Assembly: GCA_965219445.1 (NCBI GenBank)
Contig: CBDCNQ010000005.1
Span: 768,001 to 832,000 of the forward strand
Source of the DNA: Longimicrobiales bacterium
GTDB lineage: Bacteria > Gemmatimonadota > Gemmatimonadetes > Longimicrobiales > Gaopeijiaceae
Reading direction: 5' to 3'
DNA: 64,000 nt
Shown: positions 10,953 through 21,485 of the stretch, piece after piece
Position numbering within the stretch: the stretch's first letter is position 1
Layout of the letters: each line of letters starts with the position of its first letter
Position numbers and translations under genes: made by a program
Notes under the pieces: generated by a model
What the model was told of the DNA's origin: nothing
The model's input: only the letters and a program-made list of their open reading frames with translations
The model's database searches: none

Positions 10953-12575
10953 CTACGGGAGCGGCCGGAGCGTCACCTCCACGCCCTGCTCCCCCAAACG
11001 GCCCCAGGAGTCACACGGCACGGAGTCGGTCTCGGGAAAGTCGAGGCGTGTGTGCAGCCCCCGGCTCTCCTCTCTCGCGCGAGCCGACATCGCCATGATC
11101 AGGCCGGCGAGCGAAATATTGCGAAGCTCGGCCAGGTCCGAGGACGGCTTGTTCGTCCGGTAAAAGTGCTCCGACCAGTCTCGCATTTCCGCCAACCGGG
11201 AAACGGCGCGATCCAGCCGCCCGCGTGATCGGACCAATCCCATGTAGTCCAGCATGAGGCTGCGTACGGCGTCCCACTCGTGGTCGAGGATCACTCCCTG
11301 GTCGGCCAGCGGCGGGTCCGTTCCCGGGGAGAGTGGTGGGGGCGGTTCGGGTCCCTCGGCGGTCTGCGGCGCGATGGCTCCGGCCCGTTCGGCCAGCACC
11401 GAGGCCTCGAGCAGTGAGTTGGACGCAAGCCGGTTGGCTCCATGGACACCCGTGAACGCCACCTCACCCGACGCGAAGAGGCCGTCGATCTCCGTACGGC
11501 CATCCAGGTCGACGGCGACCCCGCCGCACATGTAGTGCGCCGCAGGAACAACCGGAATGGGGTCCCGACCCGCAACGATTCCGTACGTCTCGAGTCGTGC
11601 CGAGATCACCGGAAACCGCTCCCGAAATTGCTCCTCACCGATGCTGGACGCATCGAGGACGGCGAACTTATCGCCTCGGCGCTTGGTCTCCCGGTCGATC
11701 TCTCGGGCGACCACGTCACGTGGGGCCAGTGAGCCAAGGGGATGGCAGTCGTTCATGAACTCCTCACCGGCAAGGTTTCGGAGGACCGCACCCTCCCCGC
11801 GCACCGCCTCGGAGATCAGGAAGCTCTTCGCGTCGGGATGATGAAGACAGGTCGGGTGGAATTGGACCATTTCCATGTTCACGAGCGAACATCCGGCCCG
11901 AGCCGCCATCGCGACGCCATCGGCAGTGGCGATGTCGGGGTTGGTCGTATACCGGTAGACCTTCCCACAGCCCCCGGTGGAAAGCATCGTCTGTTCCGCA
12001 CGAGCCAACCCGGTGGCTCCGGTCTCCTGGTCGAGGAACGACGCACCATAACACCGGCGGTCTGCGGCATCCGCGCCCACCCAGAGATCGAGCGCGAGGT
12101 GGTGCTCTAGGAGTGTGATTTCCGGGTGCTTCGCCACGGCAGCGAGGAGTGTACTCTCGATCTCCTGCCCCGTGCGATCCTTCGAGTGCACGATTCGTCG
12201 TCGGCTGTGCCCGCCCTCCAGGCCCAGATCCAGTCCGTCGGAATCGTCGGCTGTATGCGCGAACGTCGCTCCCAATTCCGTCAGACTGCGAACGAGAGCG
12301 GGCCCTTCCCGTACCACGACCTCGACCACATCTCGCCGGCACAGACCCGCGCCCGCCTCGAGGGTGTCCGCTACGTGCAGATCGAAGGAGTCCGTGGGAT
12401 CGAGGACCGCCGCGAGCCCACCCTGAGCTCGGTTGGTGGAGGAGTCGCTCTGGAACTTCTTGGTCAGTATGAGGACCGGCCCGAATTGGGCCGCACGGAG
12501 CGCATAGGTCAGGCCAGCCACACCACTACCCAATACGAGTGTGGTGCACTGGTGCGTGACGAGATCTGCGCTCAT
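10953..12575 (-). CDS. nadB: L-aspartate oxidase
   Basis: LGSGVAG FAD motif, AQGGLA, EGGHSRRRIVH, QFHPT, LISEAVRGEG, HYMCGG, GVHGANRLASNSLLE. Confidence 0.95.
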   Translation of the reverse strand: MSADLVTHQCTTLVLGSGVAGLTYALRAAQFGPVLILTKKFQSDSSTNRAQGGLAAVLDPTDSFDLHVADTLEAGAGLCRRDVVEVVVREGPALVRSLTELGATFAHTADDSDGLDLGLEGGHSRRRIVHSKDRTGQEIESTLLAAVAKHPEITLLEHHLALDLWVGADAADRRCYGASFLDQETGATGLARAEQTMLSTGGCGKVYRYTTNPDIATADGVAMAARAGCSLVNMEMVQFHPTCLHHPDAKSFLISEAVRGEGAVLRNLAGEEFMNDCHPLGSLAPRDVVAREIDRETKRRGDKFAVLDASSIGEEQFRERFPVISARLETYGIVAGRDPIPVVPAAHYMCGGVAVDLDGRTEIDGLFASGEVAFTGVHGANRLASNSLLEASVLAERAGAIAPQTAEGPEPPPPLSPGTDPPLADQGVILDHEWDAVRSLMLDYMGLVRSRGRLDRAVSRLAEMRDWSEHFYRTNKPSSDLAELRNISLAGLIMAMSARAREESRGLHTRLDFPETDSVPCDSWGRLGEQGVEVTLRPLP

Positions 12576-12733
12576 GATCCTTGTAGGTGACGGGCCTGGG
12601 TGGAAGTGACGAGCATCGGCGGCAGCAACGTGATCGTTGGCAGTAAAACGAGTTTCGGCGGCAGTGTAGACCATCCGGCGCCGGAACGACAGATTGCGGG
12701 TTTCGTTCCAGTCACGGTGCACCGAGGATCCCG

Positions 12734-13234
12734 ATGGCCAAGAAGAGTTCGTTCGATGTCTCCACCGGCGTCGATCTCCAGGAGGTTGACAACGCAGTGA
12801 ATCAAGCTCGCAAGGAAATCGCCACCCGTTACGACTTCAAGGGCACGGACTGCACGGTGGATTTCGACCGGAGCGGCGGGGCGATCAGGCTGGAGGCGGA
12901 TGACGAATATCGCCTGACGGCCGTCCTTCAGGTTGTCCGTGAGAAGCTCTCGCGGCGAGGCGTTCCGGTGAAGAACCTGGATCAAAGCGGCGTTGAGATC
13001 GGATCCTTGGGGCGGGCCCGCCAGACCGTGGGCCTCAAACAGGGGATCGACCAGGAGACCGCCAAGAAGATGGTAAAGGCGGTCAAGGGCCACGGTTTCA
13101 AGAAGGTACAAGTCCAGATTCAAGCGGATGAATTGAGGGTGACGAGCCCCTCCAAGGATGAGCTTCAGCAGGTCATGACGTTCCTCAGAGGAGAGGACTG
13201 GGGGATGGAGCTCCAGTTCGGCAATTACCGATAG
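12734..13234 (+). CDS. yajQ: YajQ family nucleotide/c-di-GMP-binding protein
   Basis: SFDVS..VDLQEVDNAVNQARKEIATRYDFKG; C-terminal LQFGNYR. Confidence 0.95.
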   Translation: MAKKSSFDVSTGVDLQEVDNAVNQARKEIATRYDFKGTDCTVDFDRSGGAIRLEADDEYRLTAVLQVVREKLSRRGVPVKNLDQSGVEIGSLGRARQTVGLKQGIDQETAKKMVKAVKGHGFKKVQVQIQADELRVTSPSKDELQQVMTFLRGEDWGMELQFGNYR

Positions 13235-13323
13235 GGGGCCCGGCAAGCCCGATCCGATCAGCCTGCGTTTTGGCACTTTAAAACGCCCGTGTGTTTGACA
13301 ATCCGTCTTTAGGAGGAGTCAGA

Positions 13324-13827
13324 ATGCTTAGAGGTCAGTATCGTTGGTCGGTTCCGGTGGGCAGCGTTCTCGCCGTCGTTTTCTTCGCCACAGCGGCGGC
13401 TGCGCAGCAAAGAGGTGCACCGACCGCCCCTCCGGGCCCTTCGGCCGCCCAAGCGATGGCGGCGCTCGCGGCCGCCCAAGAGGCAGCGGAGGCGCTGGGA
13501 GTCAGTCTCAGTTGCGCGGTCGTCGATTCCCGCGGAGACATGATCGCGCTGGCCCGCATGGACGGGGCTCGGTTCTACACCACCGACGTCGCGCGCGGCA
13601 AGGCACGCATGTCGGCGCTGTTCGGGCAACCGAGCGGAGACATGGCGGACTTCGGCAACTCTCCCGCGTTCCAGAGCTTCAACGAGACGATCCCGGGGCC
13701 GCTTTATGCGTTCCAGGGCGCCCTACCAATCATGAAAAATGGCGAATTGATCGGCGCTATGGGCTGCAGCGGCGCGGCATCTCAAGTGGATGAAGACGCG
13801 GTGCGCTCCGCGCTTTCCGTTTTCTAG
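13324..13827 (+). CDS. Secreted GlcG/HbpS (heme-binding) family protein 1
   Basis: AGGAG RBS; signal peptide ending AAA-QQ; CAVVDSRG, RMDGA, ARGKA, QGALPI..GAMGCSGA..DE. Confidence 0.88.
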   Translation: MLRGQYRWSVPVGSVLAVVFFATAAAAQQRGAPTAPPGPSAAQAMAALAAAQEAAEALGVSLSCAVVDSRGDMIALARMDGARFYTTDVARGKARMSALFGQPSGDMADFGNSPAFQSFNETIPGPLYAFQGALPIMKNGELIGAMGCSGAASQVDEDAVRSALSVF

Positions 13828-13860
13828 GTCACCACGTCGATTCCCTCTGGAGAATAATCG

Positions 13861-14361
13861 ATGAACAGGATCACAAGAATCGCGCGGGCCCTGCTCGCGA
13901 TCCTGCTCGTAGGTGGAGGCCTCGGCGCACCGCTGAGACTCGCGGCGCAGGCCGGCCCACAACGAATCACGCTCAACGAAGCTCAAAGCATCATCGCGGC
14001 TGCTCAAAGAGATGCCGCCAGCAAGAACCTTCGACTCAGCATCGCCGTGGTCGACGGTCGGGGCGACCTGATCGCTGCCGCCCGGATGCCGGATGCGCGC
14101 CCCACGACCATGGACACGGCGATCGGTAAGGCCATGGGCGCCGCGATCTTCGGGCGGCCGAGCGCCGACCTCGCTGCACAATCGACTTCTCCCCTCTATC
14201 AGAATATGAACGAGGCCACAGGCGGCCGGCTGCGATTCTTCCAGGGTGCGGTCCCGATCGTGCGAGACGGTTATACCGTGGGAGCGGTCGGCGCGAGTGG
14301 AGCGTCGGCCCAAGACGACGAGGACAATGTGAAAGCGGCACTCGCGGCAGTGGGGCTGTAG
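13861..14361 (+). CDS. Secreted GlcG/HbpS (heme-binding) family protein 2
   Basis: GGAG RBS; signal peptide; IAVVDGRG, RMPDA, AIGKA, QGAVPI..GAVGASGA..DE. Confidence 0.88.
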   Translation: MNRITRIARALLAILLVGGGLGAPLRLAAQAGPQRITLNEAQSIIAAAQRDAASKNLRLSIAVVDGRGDLIAAARMPDARPTTMDTAIGKAMGAAIFGRPSADLAAQSTSPLYQNMNEATGGRLRFFQGAVPIVRDGYTVGAVGASGASAQDDEDNVKAALAAVGL

Positions 14362-14454
14362 AGGTTGCAAGGGAGATTCCAGGGGAGGCTCTGCAGGCAG
14401 GAGCACCCCCAATTTGGAGGGAAACATTCGCGTGGTCGGCGGTAATCATTCCCT

Positions 14455-15582
14455 ATGAAGACGAACGTCCCAGTGCGATGGGCGGCCCGGATGGAGGGCC
14501 TCCTGGGCGCCTACGTGCACGTGTTGGTCGGAACCGCGGTCCTCGCCGCCGCCTGTGCCACACTGGCCCTCCTGAGTATTCCGGCGCCCTCCCAGGCTCA
14601 GGAACTGGCGTGGGGGCTCACGGCGATTCCCGGTCTCAAGGTCGGGCACTTTACTCTTAGCGAGCGTCCGACCGGTTGCACCGTGGTGCTGGCCGAGGGT
14701 GGGGCGGTGGGAGGGGTAGACGTCCGCGGCGGCGCCCCCGGCACGAGAGAGATCGCTCTGCTCGATCCGGTGAATACCGTGCAGGTTGTGCACGCGGTCG
14801 TACTCTCGGGCGGGAGCGCCTTCGGATTGGACGCCGCAAGCGGAGTCATGCGGTATCTGGACGAGCGGGACATCGGCTACCGGGTCGGGCCTAACGTCGT
14901 TCCGATCGTGGCCGGCGCGATCCTCTTTGACCTGCCGGTGGGCGACGACCCGCGTGTCCGGCCCGACGCTGAGTGTGGTTATCGTGCGGCGACCGATGCC
15001 AGCAGCGAGACTCCGGCCGAAGGCAACGTCGGTGCCGGTGCCGGGGCCACGGTCGGTAAACTGCGTGGCCGGGCCCGCGCCATGAAGGGCGGTGTCGGAA
15101 CAGCCTCGATCACCGTGGACGACGGACTCACGGTGGCGGCCATCGTCGCGGTCAACGCGGCGGGGGACATCATCGATCCGGCGACCGGGTCGGTCGTCGC
15201 GGGTGTTCGTACGGAGGATGGGCGCGGGCTCGCCGATGCACGCATACTGCTTCGGACAGGAGCGTCGATCGAGCCCCAAAGTGGGGCCAACACGACCATC
15301 GGTGTGGTTGCGACCAACGCCACGCTCACAAAGGCCGAGACCACCAAGGTCGCGCAAATGGCCCAGGATGGCCTGGCACGTACGATCTATCCCGCCCACA
15401 CGGCTGGGGACGGGGACACGGTATTCTCCTTGGCCATGGGCACGTTCTCCGGAGATGAGTCGGTATCGAGGATCGGAGCCTTGGCCGCCGACGTGATGGC
15501 CGAGGCGATCTTGCGTGCCGTGCGCGCCGCTACCGGAATCCCGGGGATCCCCGCCGCAAGCGACATCAGCATGGGCAGGTGA
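14455..15582 (+). CDS. P1 family (DmpA-like, Ntn-type) peptidase
   Basis: GVDVRGGAPGTRE, LSGGSAFGL, EGNVGAGAGA, ANTTIGVVATN, HTAGDGD. Start uncertain. Confidence 0.9.
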   Translation: MKTNVPVRWAARMEGLLGAYVHVLVGTAVLAAACATLALLSIPAPSQAQELAWGLTAIPGLKVGHFTLSERPTGCTVVLAEGGAVGGVDVRGGAPGTREIALLDPVNTVQVVHAVVLSGGSAFGLDAASGVMRYLDERDIGYRVGPNVVPIVAGAILFDLPVGDDPRVRPDAECGYRAATDASSETPAEGNVGAGAGATVGKLRGRARAMKGGVGTASITVDDGLTVAAIVAVNAAGDIIDPATGSVVAGVRTEDGRGLADARILLRTGASIEPQSGANTTIGVVATNATLTKAETTKVAQMAQDGLARTIYPAHTAGDGDTVFSLAMGTFSGDESVSRIGALAADVMAEAILRAVRAATGIPGIPAASDISMGR

Positions 15583-15607
15583 GCGACCCCTTTCCAAGCC
15601 GTCGCCC

Positions 15608-17014
15608 TTGAATCCGACCCTCTTTCTACTACTCGCATACTCGGCGGGGCTCATCGGCCTCGGCGTGTGGATCGGCCGTCGCGTCGAGAGCAGCGGGGGC
15701 TTCTTCGTGGCCAATCGCCGCCTGAGCGCCGCGCTTCTCTTTTCGACCGTCCTCGCGGCCAACATCGGTGTCGCCAGCACAGTCGGGGCCGCTAGCCTCG
15801 GGTATCGAGACGGGCTCTCGGCCTGGTGGTGGGTGGGGTCGGCCGCGGTGGGTACGATGATCCTGGCCTTTTGGATCGGCCCTAGGATCTGGCGAGTCGC
15901 GACGAAGCATGGGCTCTACACCGTCGGCGACTACTTGGAGCACCGCTACGGTGGGTCGGTACGAGCTGTAGTCACCAGCCTCCTCTGGGTCGCGACCCCC
16001 GCGGCCCTCGCCGCGCAGCTCATCGCCCTGGCCAAGATCCTGGAGTTCGTTGCGGGCGTCCCCGAGTTGGCCGGCGTCCTCACGGGTGCCGTTGTGATGA
16101 CGGTCTATTTCACGGCCGGAGGCCTCCTCACGTCGGCGTGGGTAAACATGGTGCAGCTTGTCGTGATCACCGTGGGATTCGCGATCGCGGTACCCTGGGC
16201 CCTGATCGCCGCTGGTGGCTGGAGCGCTGTGGTGGCCGCGGCCCCTGGGACGAGTGACTACATGAGCTTCTGGCAGGGGGGGAGCTCCGGTTGGGTCTAC
16301 CTGGCACTCGTGGCCCCCAACTTCGTCGTTTCTCCGGGGCTGATCCAAAAAGCCTACGGAGCGGTGGATGAACGAGCGATCCGCGTCGGCTTAGGCGCGA
16401 CCGCGGTGGCACTTCTCGCGTTCGCGATCGGACCCCCGTTGTTCGGCATGATCGCCCGCGTCTACGACCCGAGCCTGGTCGACATCGAACACGCCTTGAT
16501 GGTGGTGTTGACGACAGGGCTCCCGACCATGGTGGGGAGCCTCGGGCTGGCCGCGGTGGTATCAGCGGAAATCAGTTCGGCCGACGCCATCCTCTTCATG
16601 CTGTCCACGTCCCTCTCCAAGGATCTTTACAAGCGATTCGCCCGCCCGAACGCCAGTGACGCTCAGGTGCTGAAGGTGGCGCGAGGGGCCGCCGTCGGGG
16701 GCGGAGCGTTGGGCGTGCTCCTGGCACTCGTTTTGCCTTCCGTCATCGCGGCTATAAGCGTTTTTTACGCCCTGATGGCGGTCTGCCTCTTCGTGCCTCT
16801 GGTGGCGGGTCTCTACACCCGCCTAGCGGGCGTCCCCGAGGCGATGGCCGCCTGCGGCGTCGGCGTGGTCACACTGATCTCCGTCGAGCTCGCCGGCCTC
16901 TCCGACGTGTACCCATTGCTGGACCGTAGCCTGCTCGGACTCCTGGCCTCGGCAGCAGCATTCGGTTTCGTGGCGTTATGGCGGTCTCGGAGAACGGCCC
17001 TGGTGCAACGCTGA
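15608..17014 (+). CDS. Sodium:solute symporter family protein
   Basis: About 13 TM helices; FFVANRRL, YLEHRYG, YFTAGGL, SSADAIL. Probable TTG start at 15608. Confidence 0.9.
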   Translation: MNPTLFLLLAYSAGLIGLGVWIGRRVESSGGFFVANRRLSAALLFSTVLAANIGVASTVGAASLGYRDGLSAWWWVGSAAVGTMILAFWIGPRIWRVATKHGLYTVGDYLEHRYGGSVRAVVTSLLWVATPAALAAQLIALAKILEFVAGVPELAGVLTGAVVMTVYFTAGGLLTSAWVNMVQLVVITVGFAIAVPWALIAAGGWSAVVAAAPGTSDYMSFWQGGSSGWVYLALVAPNFVVSPGLIQKAYGAVDERAIRVGLGATAVALLAFAIGPPLFGMIARVYDPSLVDIEHALMVVLTTGLPTMVGSLGLAAVVSAEISSADAILFMLSTSLSKDLYKRFARPNASDAQVLKVARGAAVGGGALGVLLALVLPSVIAAISVFYALMAVCLFVPLVAGLYTRLAGVPEAMAACGVGVVTLISVELAGLSDVYPLLDRSLLGLLASAAAFGFVALWRSRRTALVQR

Positions 17015-17026
17015 GTCGGGTCTCCG

Positions 17027-17875
17027 TTATCCCGCGATCCGCTCGGCCCCCGCGTATACGTTGAAGCCGTCCGAGCGAGTGAAGCCGAGCAGGCTCATGT
17101 TGAAGCGCCGCGCCAGATCCACCGCGAGACTCGAGGGGGCCCCCACAGCGACGACGAGCGGTATGCCCGCCGCCAAGGCCTTCTGCATGATTTCGAATGA
17201 AGTCCGTCCCGAGACCGCCAAAACGGCCCTTCCCAACGGGAGCTCCCCGGCCAGAAAAGCCTGACCCACGACCTTGTCGACGGCATTGTGCCGCCCGACA
17301 TCTTCGCAGACCGATACGAGCTCACCGGCCTCGTCGAAGCGGCCCGCCGCGTGGAGGCCACCCGTGCGGTCGAATAGCCCCTGCTGGGCTCGGAGCTTCT
17401 CCGGAAGGCCGCGCAGGATCGCGGGGTCCAGCCTCAGGCCCTCGTCCGGGATCTGCTCGCACCCTCGGACCTCTACCGCCTCCAAAGACGCCTTCCCGCA
17501 CACCCCACAGCTCGAGCTCATGTAGAAATTTCTCGAAAGGGTATCGGGATCGAACGGGGCTCCAGGTCGAAGCCCCACGACGACGATGTTGTAGGTCTGA
17601 GGCCCGTCGGTCTGGCAGTAGCTGATCTCGGTGACATCCTCTCGGCGGCGCACGAGCCCCTCACCATAAAGGAAACCTGCCGCCAGCTCGAAGTCGTCCC
17701 CCGGCGTGCGCATCGTGACCGATACAGCAGAGGTCTCGCGGACGCCGTCCCGGGTGAACTCCACGCGGATCTCCAGCGGCTCCTCGACCGTCACGACGTC
17801 CTGCCGGGTGGTGAACCGGCCGTTGGCCAGGCGAGAGACCTTGACCCGCGACAGACCCTTCCCCGGCGTGATCAC
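17027..17875 (-). CDS. fdhD: Formate dehydrogenase accessory sulfurtransferase FdhD
   Basis: VEEPLEI, TMRTPGDDFELAAGFL, SSCGVCGK, TGGLHAA, EDVGRHNAVDK. GTG start 2 nt after the cyclase stop. Confidence 0.95.
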   Translation of the reverse strand: MITPGKGLSRVKVSRLANGRFTTRQDVVTVEEPLEIRVEFTRDGVRETSAVSVTMRTPGDDFELAAGFLYGEGLVRRREDVTEISYCQTDGPQTYNIVVVGLRPGAPFDPDTLSRNFYMSSSCGVCGKASLEAVEVRGCEQIPDEGLRLDPAILRGLPEKLRAQQGLFDRTGGLHAAGRFDEAGELVSVCEDVGRHNAVDKVVGQAFLAGELPLGRAVLAVSGRTSFEIMQKALAAGIPLVVAVGAPSSLAVDLARRFNMSLLGFTRSDGFNVYAGAERIAG

Positions 17876-17877
17876 CG

Positions 17878-18703
17878 TCAGGATTCCTCGGACGCCGCGG
17901 GAACGAAGGCCACGATCCGAAGCGGACCACCACTCCCGCCGCTGATCTTCATAGGTAACGCGACCACGAAGGCACCCTCCTCGGGAAGCTCCTCCAAATT
18001 CGCCACGTTTTCGAACCCGGGGATGTTGGCGCTGTAGAGGGTCACGTGAGCCTCGAACCCGGAAGACTGACCATAGTCGATGCTCGGTGTGTCGATGCCC
18101 ACCGCCGCGACGTTCCGTTGATCGACAATCCAGCGGGCCGCATCCGCATGGATACCGGGGAAGTGGAGCTCGGCGACGGCCTCCGGCCCGGTGCGCTCCG
18201 TTCCCAAGTAGCTGAGCCGGTCCGGCCAGCGGTCTCCCCAACCCGTCCGTAGGAGCAGAATGGCGCCGTCGGGAATGCGACCGTGGGCCTGCTCCCACGC
18301 TTCCAGATCTCCGACCTCGATCAGGTAGTCGGGGGTGGCGCGGACCGATACGTCCACGACCACGGCCGGGGCGATCAGTCGATCGAGTGGGATCTGTTCC
18401 GTGGACATCCCACCCCGAGAGAAATGAATCGGCGCATCGAGATGGGTTCCGCCGTGCTCCGCCGTCGAGATGTTGTAAGCGCTGTAGAAATAGCCCAACT
18501 CGGTCTCGCCGTAAGCAACTTCATCCAGCCGGAATCCGTCAGCCGTAGGCCAAAAAATGGTCTCTTCGGAATAGGGCGTAGGTGAGGTCGATCCAACGTC
18601 CTCCCGAACCATCGAACACGGCCGAGAAATCGGGCTCACCGGAGGAAGCCTGACAACCGGCGAAGATGATCAAGCTCAATGCCCCCACGAGCGATATCCG
18701 CAT
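17878..18703 (-). pseudogene. Cyclase/kynurenine-formamidase family lipoprotein split by a one-base insertion near 18575 (possibly a sequencing error)
   Basis: N-part MRISLVG..FAGC..WIDLTYA and C-part YSEETIFWPT..EHGGTHLDAPIHF join if one G of GGG (18574-18576) is removed. Confidence 0.85.
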
Positions 18704-18746
18704 GACTCCCTTCTCCGACTCGGCCATTGCCATCCTCCCCGGTACG

Positions 18747-20795
18747 CTACCCGCCCATCGAGGCCAACTCCCGGACGGTAGCCGACAGCATGCGCACCTT
18801 GGCCGCGTCCCGCGGCCCTCCGGACTCGGACGACAACTCGTCGGCTATCCGGGCGAGCGCCTCCCGCCGGGCGGCCCCTGAGGCGCTCTGGGCGGCCGTG
18901 AGCTCCCGCCGTGTGGACTCGATCCGTGACGCCGACAGCCCGCCGGATCGCTCGAGTTGATCAAGGTACGCTCCCGCGAGGGCGAACGTGGTCGGCCAGA
19001 CGAACTGGGGCTGGCCCTGGGCGTTCAGGTGGTCGAGCGTGACCGACACGGCAGCGTCGATCTCGTTCTGCGAAAGGAGCGGGCTCGGCGTGAGCTCGAA
19101 GATGTCGAGCCCACGGGCGATCTCAGAGTTCACGATCACACCGTTGTACCAATAGACCGACCAGCTCCCGCCCATCCGCATGCGGTCAGGATCCACGGGC
19201 CCGCGGTCGTGGAACGCGATCTCGACCGGGCTCGCAGGATCGGTCCAGTCGAAGACCGAGATCCCTCCTTGATACCATCCCTGCACCATCACATCGCGGC
19301 CCGGGATGGGGATGAGCGAACCGTTGTGCGCCACGCAGTTTTCCTGCGGCGTCTGGGGTGCCGGCAGCTTGTAGTAGCTCTGGAACTCCATCCGTCCGTT
19401 TTCCAGCGTAAAGATCGCGTCGGCACCCCATTCTTTGGGATCGGAAGGGCGGCACTTGGGCCCGCCGCCGCCACCCCATTCGTCCGTGAAGAGGACCTTC
19501 GTGCCGTCGTTGTTGAATGTCGCCGAATGCCAGTAGGCGAAGTTCTCGTCGCTGACCTCCCCGATGCGCTCGGGATTGACCGGATCGCTGATGTCGAGGA
19601 GGAACCCGTAGCCCCCGCAGGCGCCACCGGCCAACCCAATTTCCGGATACACGGTGATGTCGTGACACTGCGTGGGACCGGTGCCGGGACCGGCATCGGC
19701 CGCCCGAGCGGCTACCTGATCGAGAAAAGTTCTCAGGGCGGCGCTGTCTGCCGCCGTCGGCGCGCCGTCACCCCCGCGCTGGGCCACGACTTGGGAGAGC
19801 AGGTCGGCGACCTGGCGGTCCGGCAGTATCTGCGGTTCATCGGGGAACTCAACGATGAAAGCACCGCTCTCCCGCGCCTCTTCGATGGAAGCGAGATCAT
19901 CAGGCGCCAGGCCATGGACCGGTGGCGCGACGAGGTCGGTGAAGATCCGGGGCGAACTCACGATGGCGGCCTGCTCGGGATTGGCGAGCGGCACCCTGAT
20001 CACTTCGATCCTGAAGAGGGCGGAATTCGCGTCCTCTTCCAGCGGAGCGCCGGAGCATCCAGGAAGCTCCTCGGCGGGACGCACCGGAGCGGAGCCGGAG
20101 ACGTAGACGTACACGTTCTCGTTGTCGTTCGGATCTTTCAGGACCGTGTGCGTATGCGACCCACGGCAGGTCTGGACGTTAGCCACGTATTCGGGGTTTC
20201 GGATGTCGCTGATGTCGAAAATCCGGATGCCACGAAGACGCTCCGGACTCACCGCCTCATCGACGCCTTCCGTGCCACAGTCAAGTCGGCCGCCGAACCC
20301 CTCGCCGGACACGAACATGAGGTCCCCGTAGACCGAGACGTCACTTTGCGACGCCGGGCAGACATAACCCGTCACGAGCAATGGCTGGCGGGGATCCTCG
20401 ATATTCCAGACCTGAATGCCGTGGTAGTTGCCCTGGAACGCGTAGTTGCCCTTGAAGGCGAGGTCGGAGTTCGTGATGCCCACGAAGTCCTCCGGAGGAG
20501 GTGTAGTCGACACCAAGCGCAAGTTCCATATCGCCTCCTCGGCATCGAAGAGCCCAGGTTCGAGGCCAACACGGGGGTCCGGGCTCGGCGAAGTTTCGGC
20601 CGCCACTCGCGCGAGCGGTGTGGGGGCCGTCCCCGAGGTGGCGGAGCCAGACGCGCAGCCAGCGATAACAAGGACGCCCGCAGCGATCGGGAGTGCCAAG
20701 AAACGGCGCACGGTCGTCCAGGAGGTGCTGGGGTTGGCCAAGAGCTTGCTGGTCATGACGAACATCCCGGAATTAGAGTGATGGCCTTTGATCAA
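18747..20795 (-). CDS. LVIVD-repeat secreted beta-propeller lipoprotein
   Basis: NSDLAF, GIRIFDISD, GSHTHT, QCHDITV, YWHSATFNNDG, ENCVAHNGS; TTG start overlaps the DUF305 stop. Confidence 0.8.
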   Translation of the reverse strand: MIKGHHSNSGMFVMTSKLLANPSTSWTTVRRFLALPIAAGVLVIAGCASGSATSGTAPTPLARVAAETSPSPDPRVGLEPGLFDAEEAIWNLRLVSTTPPPEDFVGITNSDLAFKGNYAFQGNYHGIQVWNIEDPRQPLLVTGYVCPASQSDVSVYGDLMFVSGEGFGGRLDCGTEGVDEAVSPERLRGIRIFDISDIRNPEYVANVQTCRGSHTHTVLKDPNDNENVYVYVSGSAPVRPAEELPGCSGAPLEEDANSALFRIEVIRVPLANPEQAAIVSSPRIFTDLVAPPVHGLAPDDLASIEEARESGAFIVEFPDEPQILPDRQVADLLSQVVAQRGGDGAPTAADSAALRTFLDQVAARAADAGPGTGPTQCHDITVYPEIGLAGGACGGYGFLLDISDPVNPERIGEVSDENFAYWHSATFNNDGTKVLFTDEWGGGGGPKCRPSDPKEWGADAIFTLENGRMEFQSYYKLPAPQTPQENCVAHNGSLIPIPGRDVMVQGWYQGGISVFDWTDPASPVEIAFHDRGPVDPDRMRMGGSWSVYWYNGVIVNSEIARGLDIFELTPSPLLSQNEIDAAVSVTLDHLNAQGQPQFVWPTTFALAGAYLDQLERSGGLSASRIESTRRELTAAQSASGAARREALARIADELSSESGGPRDAAKVRMLSATVRELASMGG

Positions 20796-21478
20796 GGGCG
20801 CAGGCCGGTCGCCGCCGACTCCTGTAGCATGCGCTCCATCCGCGCGATCTCGGTCGCCTGATCCACTTGGATGTCGGACGCGATCTTGAAGACCGCCTCG
20901 TCGAGCGCCGCTCCGTCGGTGGCGAAGAGGTCGTGAACCATGGTCACGGCCCCTCCGTGGTGTTGAATCATATAGGTAAGAAAGAGCCGGTCGAAGTCCG
21001 CACCCCTCGCCTCGTCGAGTTCCCCCATCTGCTGACGCGTCAGCATCCCCGGCATGAGCATCCCGTCATCCGAAACTCGCACCGGAGAGCCAACTCCGTC
21101 GGTGTAAACCTCGGGAACCGGCTGCCCTCGATCCCGTAGCCACTGCTGCATCGCGACGATCTCGTCTTGCTGAGCGTTGATGGTGCGGGCCGTCAGGATC
21201 TGCACCGGCGGGCTGGCCCCGCGCGTGGGGGCGAGACCCGCCATCTCGAGCGCCTGGGCGTGATGGCTGATCATGCCGGTCATGAAGCGGACATCGGCCT
21301 CGGTGAACCGCGCGAGGGCACTGTCCGTGCGGGCGCGGTAAAGCGCCTCCAGATCGGCAGTCGAAGCGGCAACCGGAGATGGGGACGTCTCCGCTCCCAT
21401 CCCCGCGCTGCCGCAGGCAGCGCCGGCGACCACCGCGAACAGGGCGGCGCTCGTCCAACGGCCGTGTGAAGCCCTCAT
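20792..21478 (-). CDS. DUF305 family lipoprotein
   Basis: Lipobox GAAC; DVRFMTGMISHHAQALEM, MPGML, FLTYMIQHHGGAVTM. Confidence 0.92.
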   Translation of the reverse strand: MRASHGRWTSAALFAVVAGAACGSAGMGAETSPSPVAASTADLEALYRARTDSALARFTEADVRFMTGMISHHAQALEMAGLAPTRGASPPVQILTARTINAQQDEIVAMQQWLRDRGQPVPEVYTDGVGSPVRVSDDGMLMPGMLTRQQMGELDEARGADFDRLFLTYMIQHHGGAVTMVHDLFATDGAALDEAVFKIASDIQVDQATEIARMERMLQESAATGLRP

Positions 21479-21485
21479 CAGAGCG

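Noticed and set aside
13271..13287. Sigma54 promoter
   Set aside because: TGGCAC is present but the -12 element is not TTGC; the same holds for the minus-strand TGGCAC near 4275.
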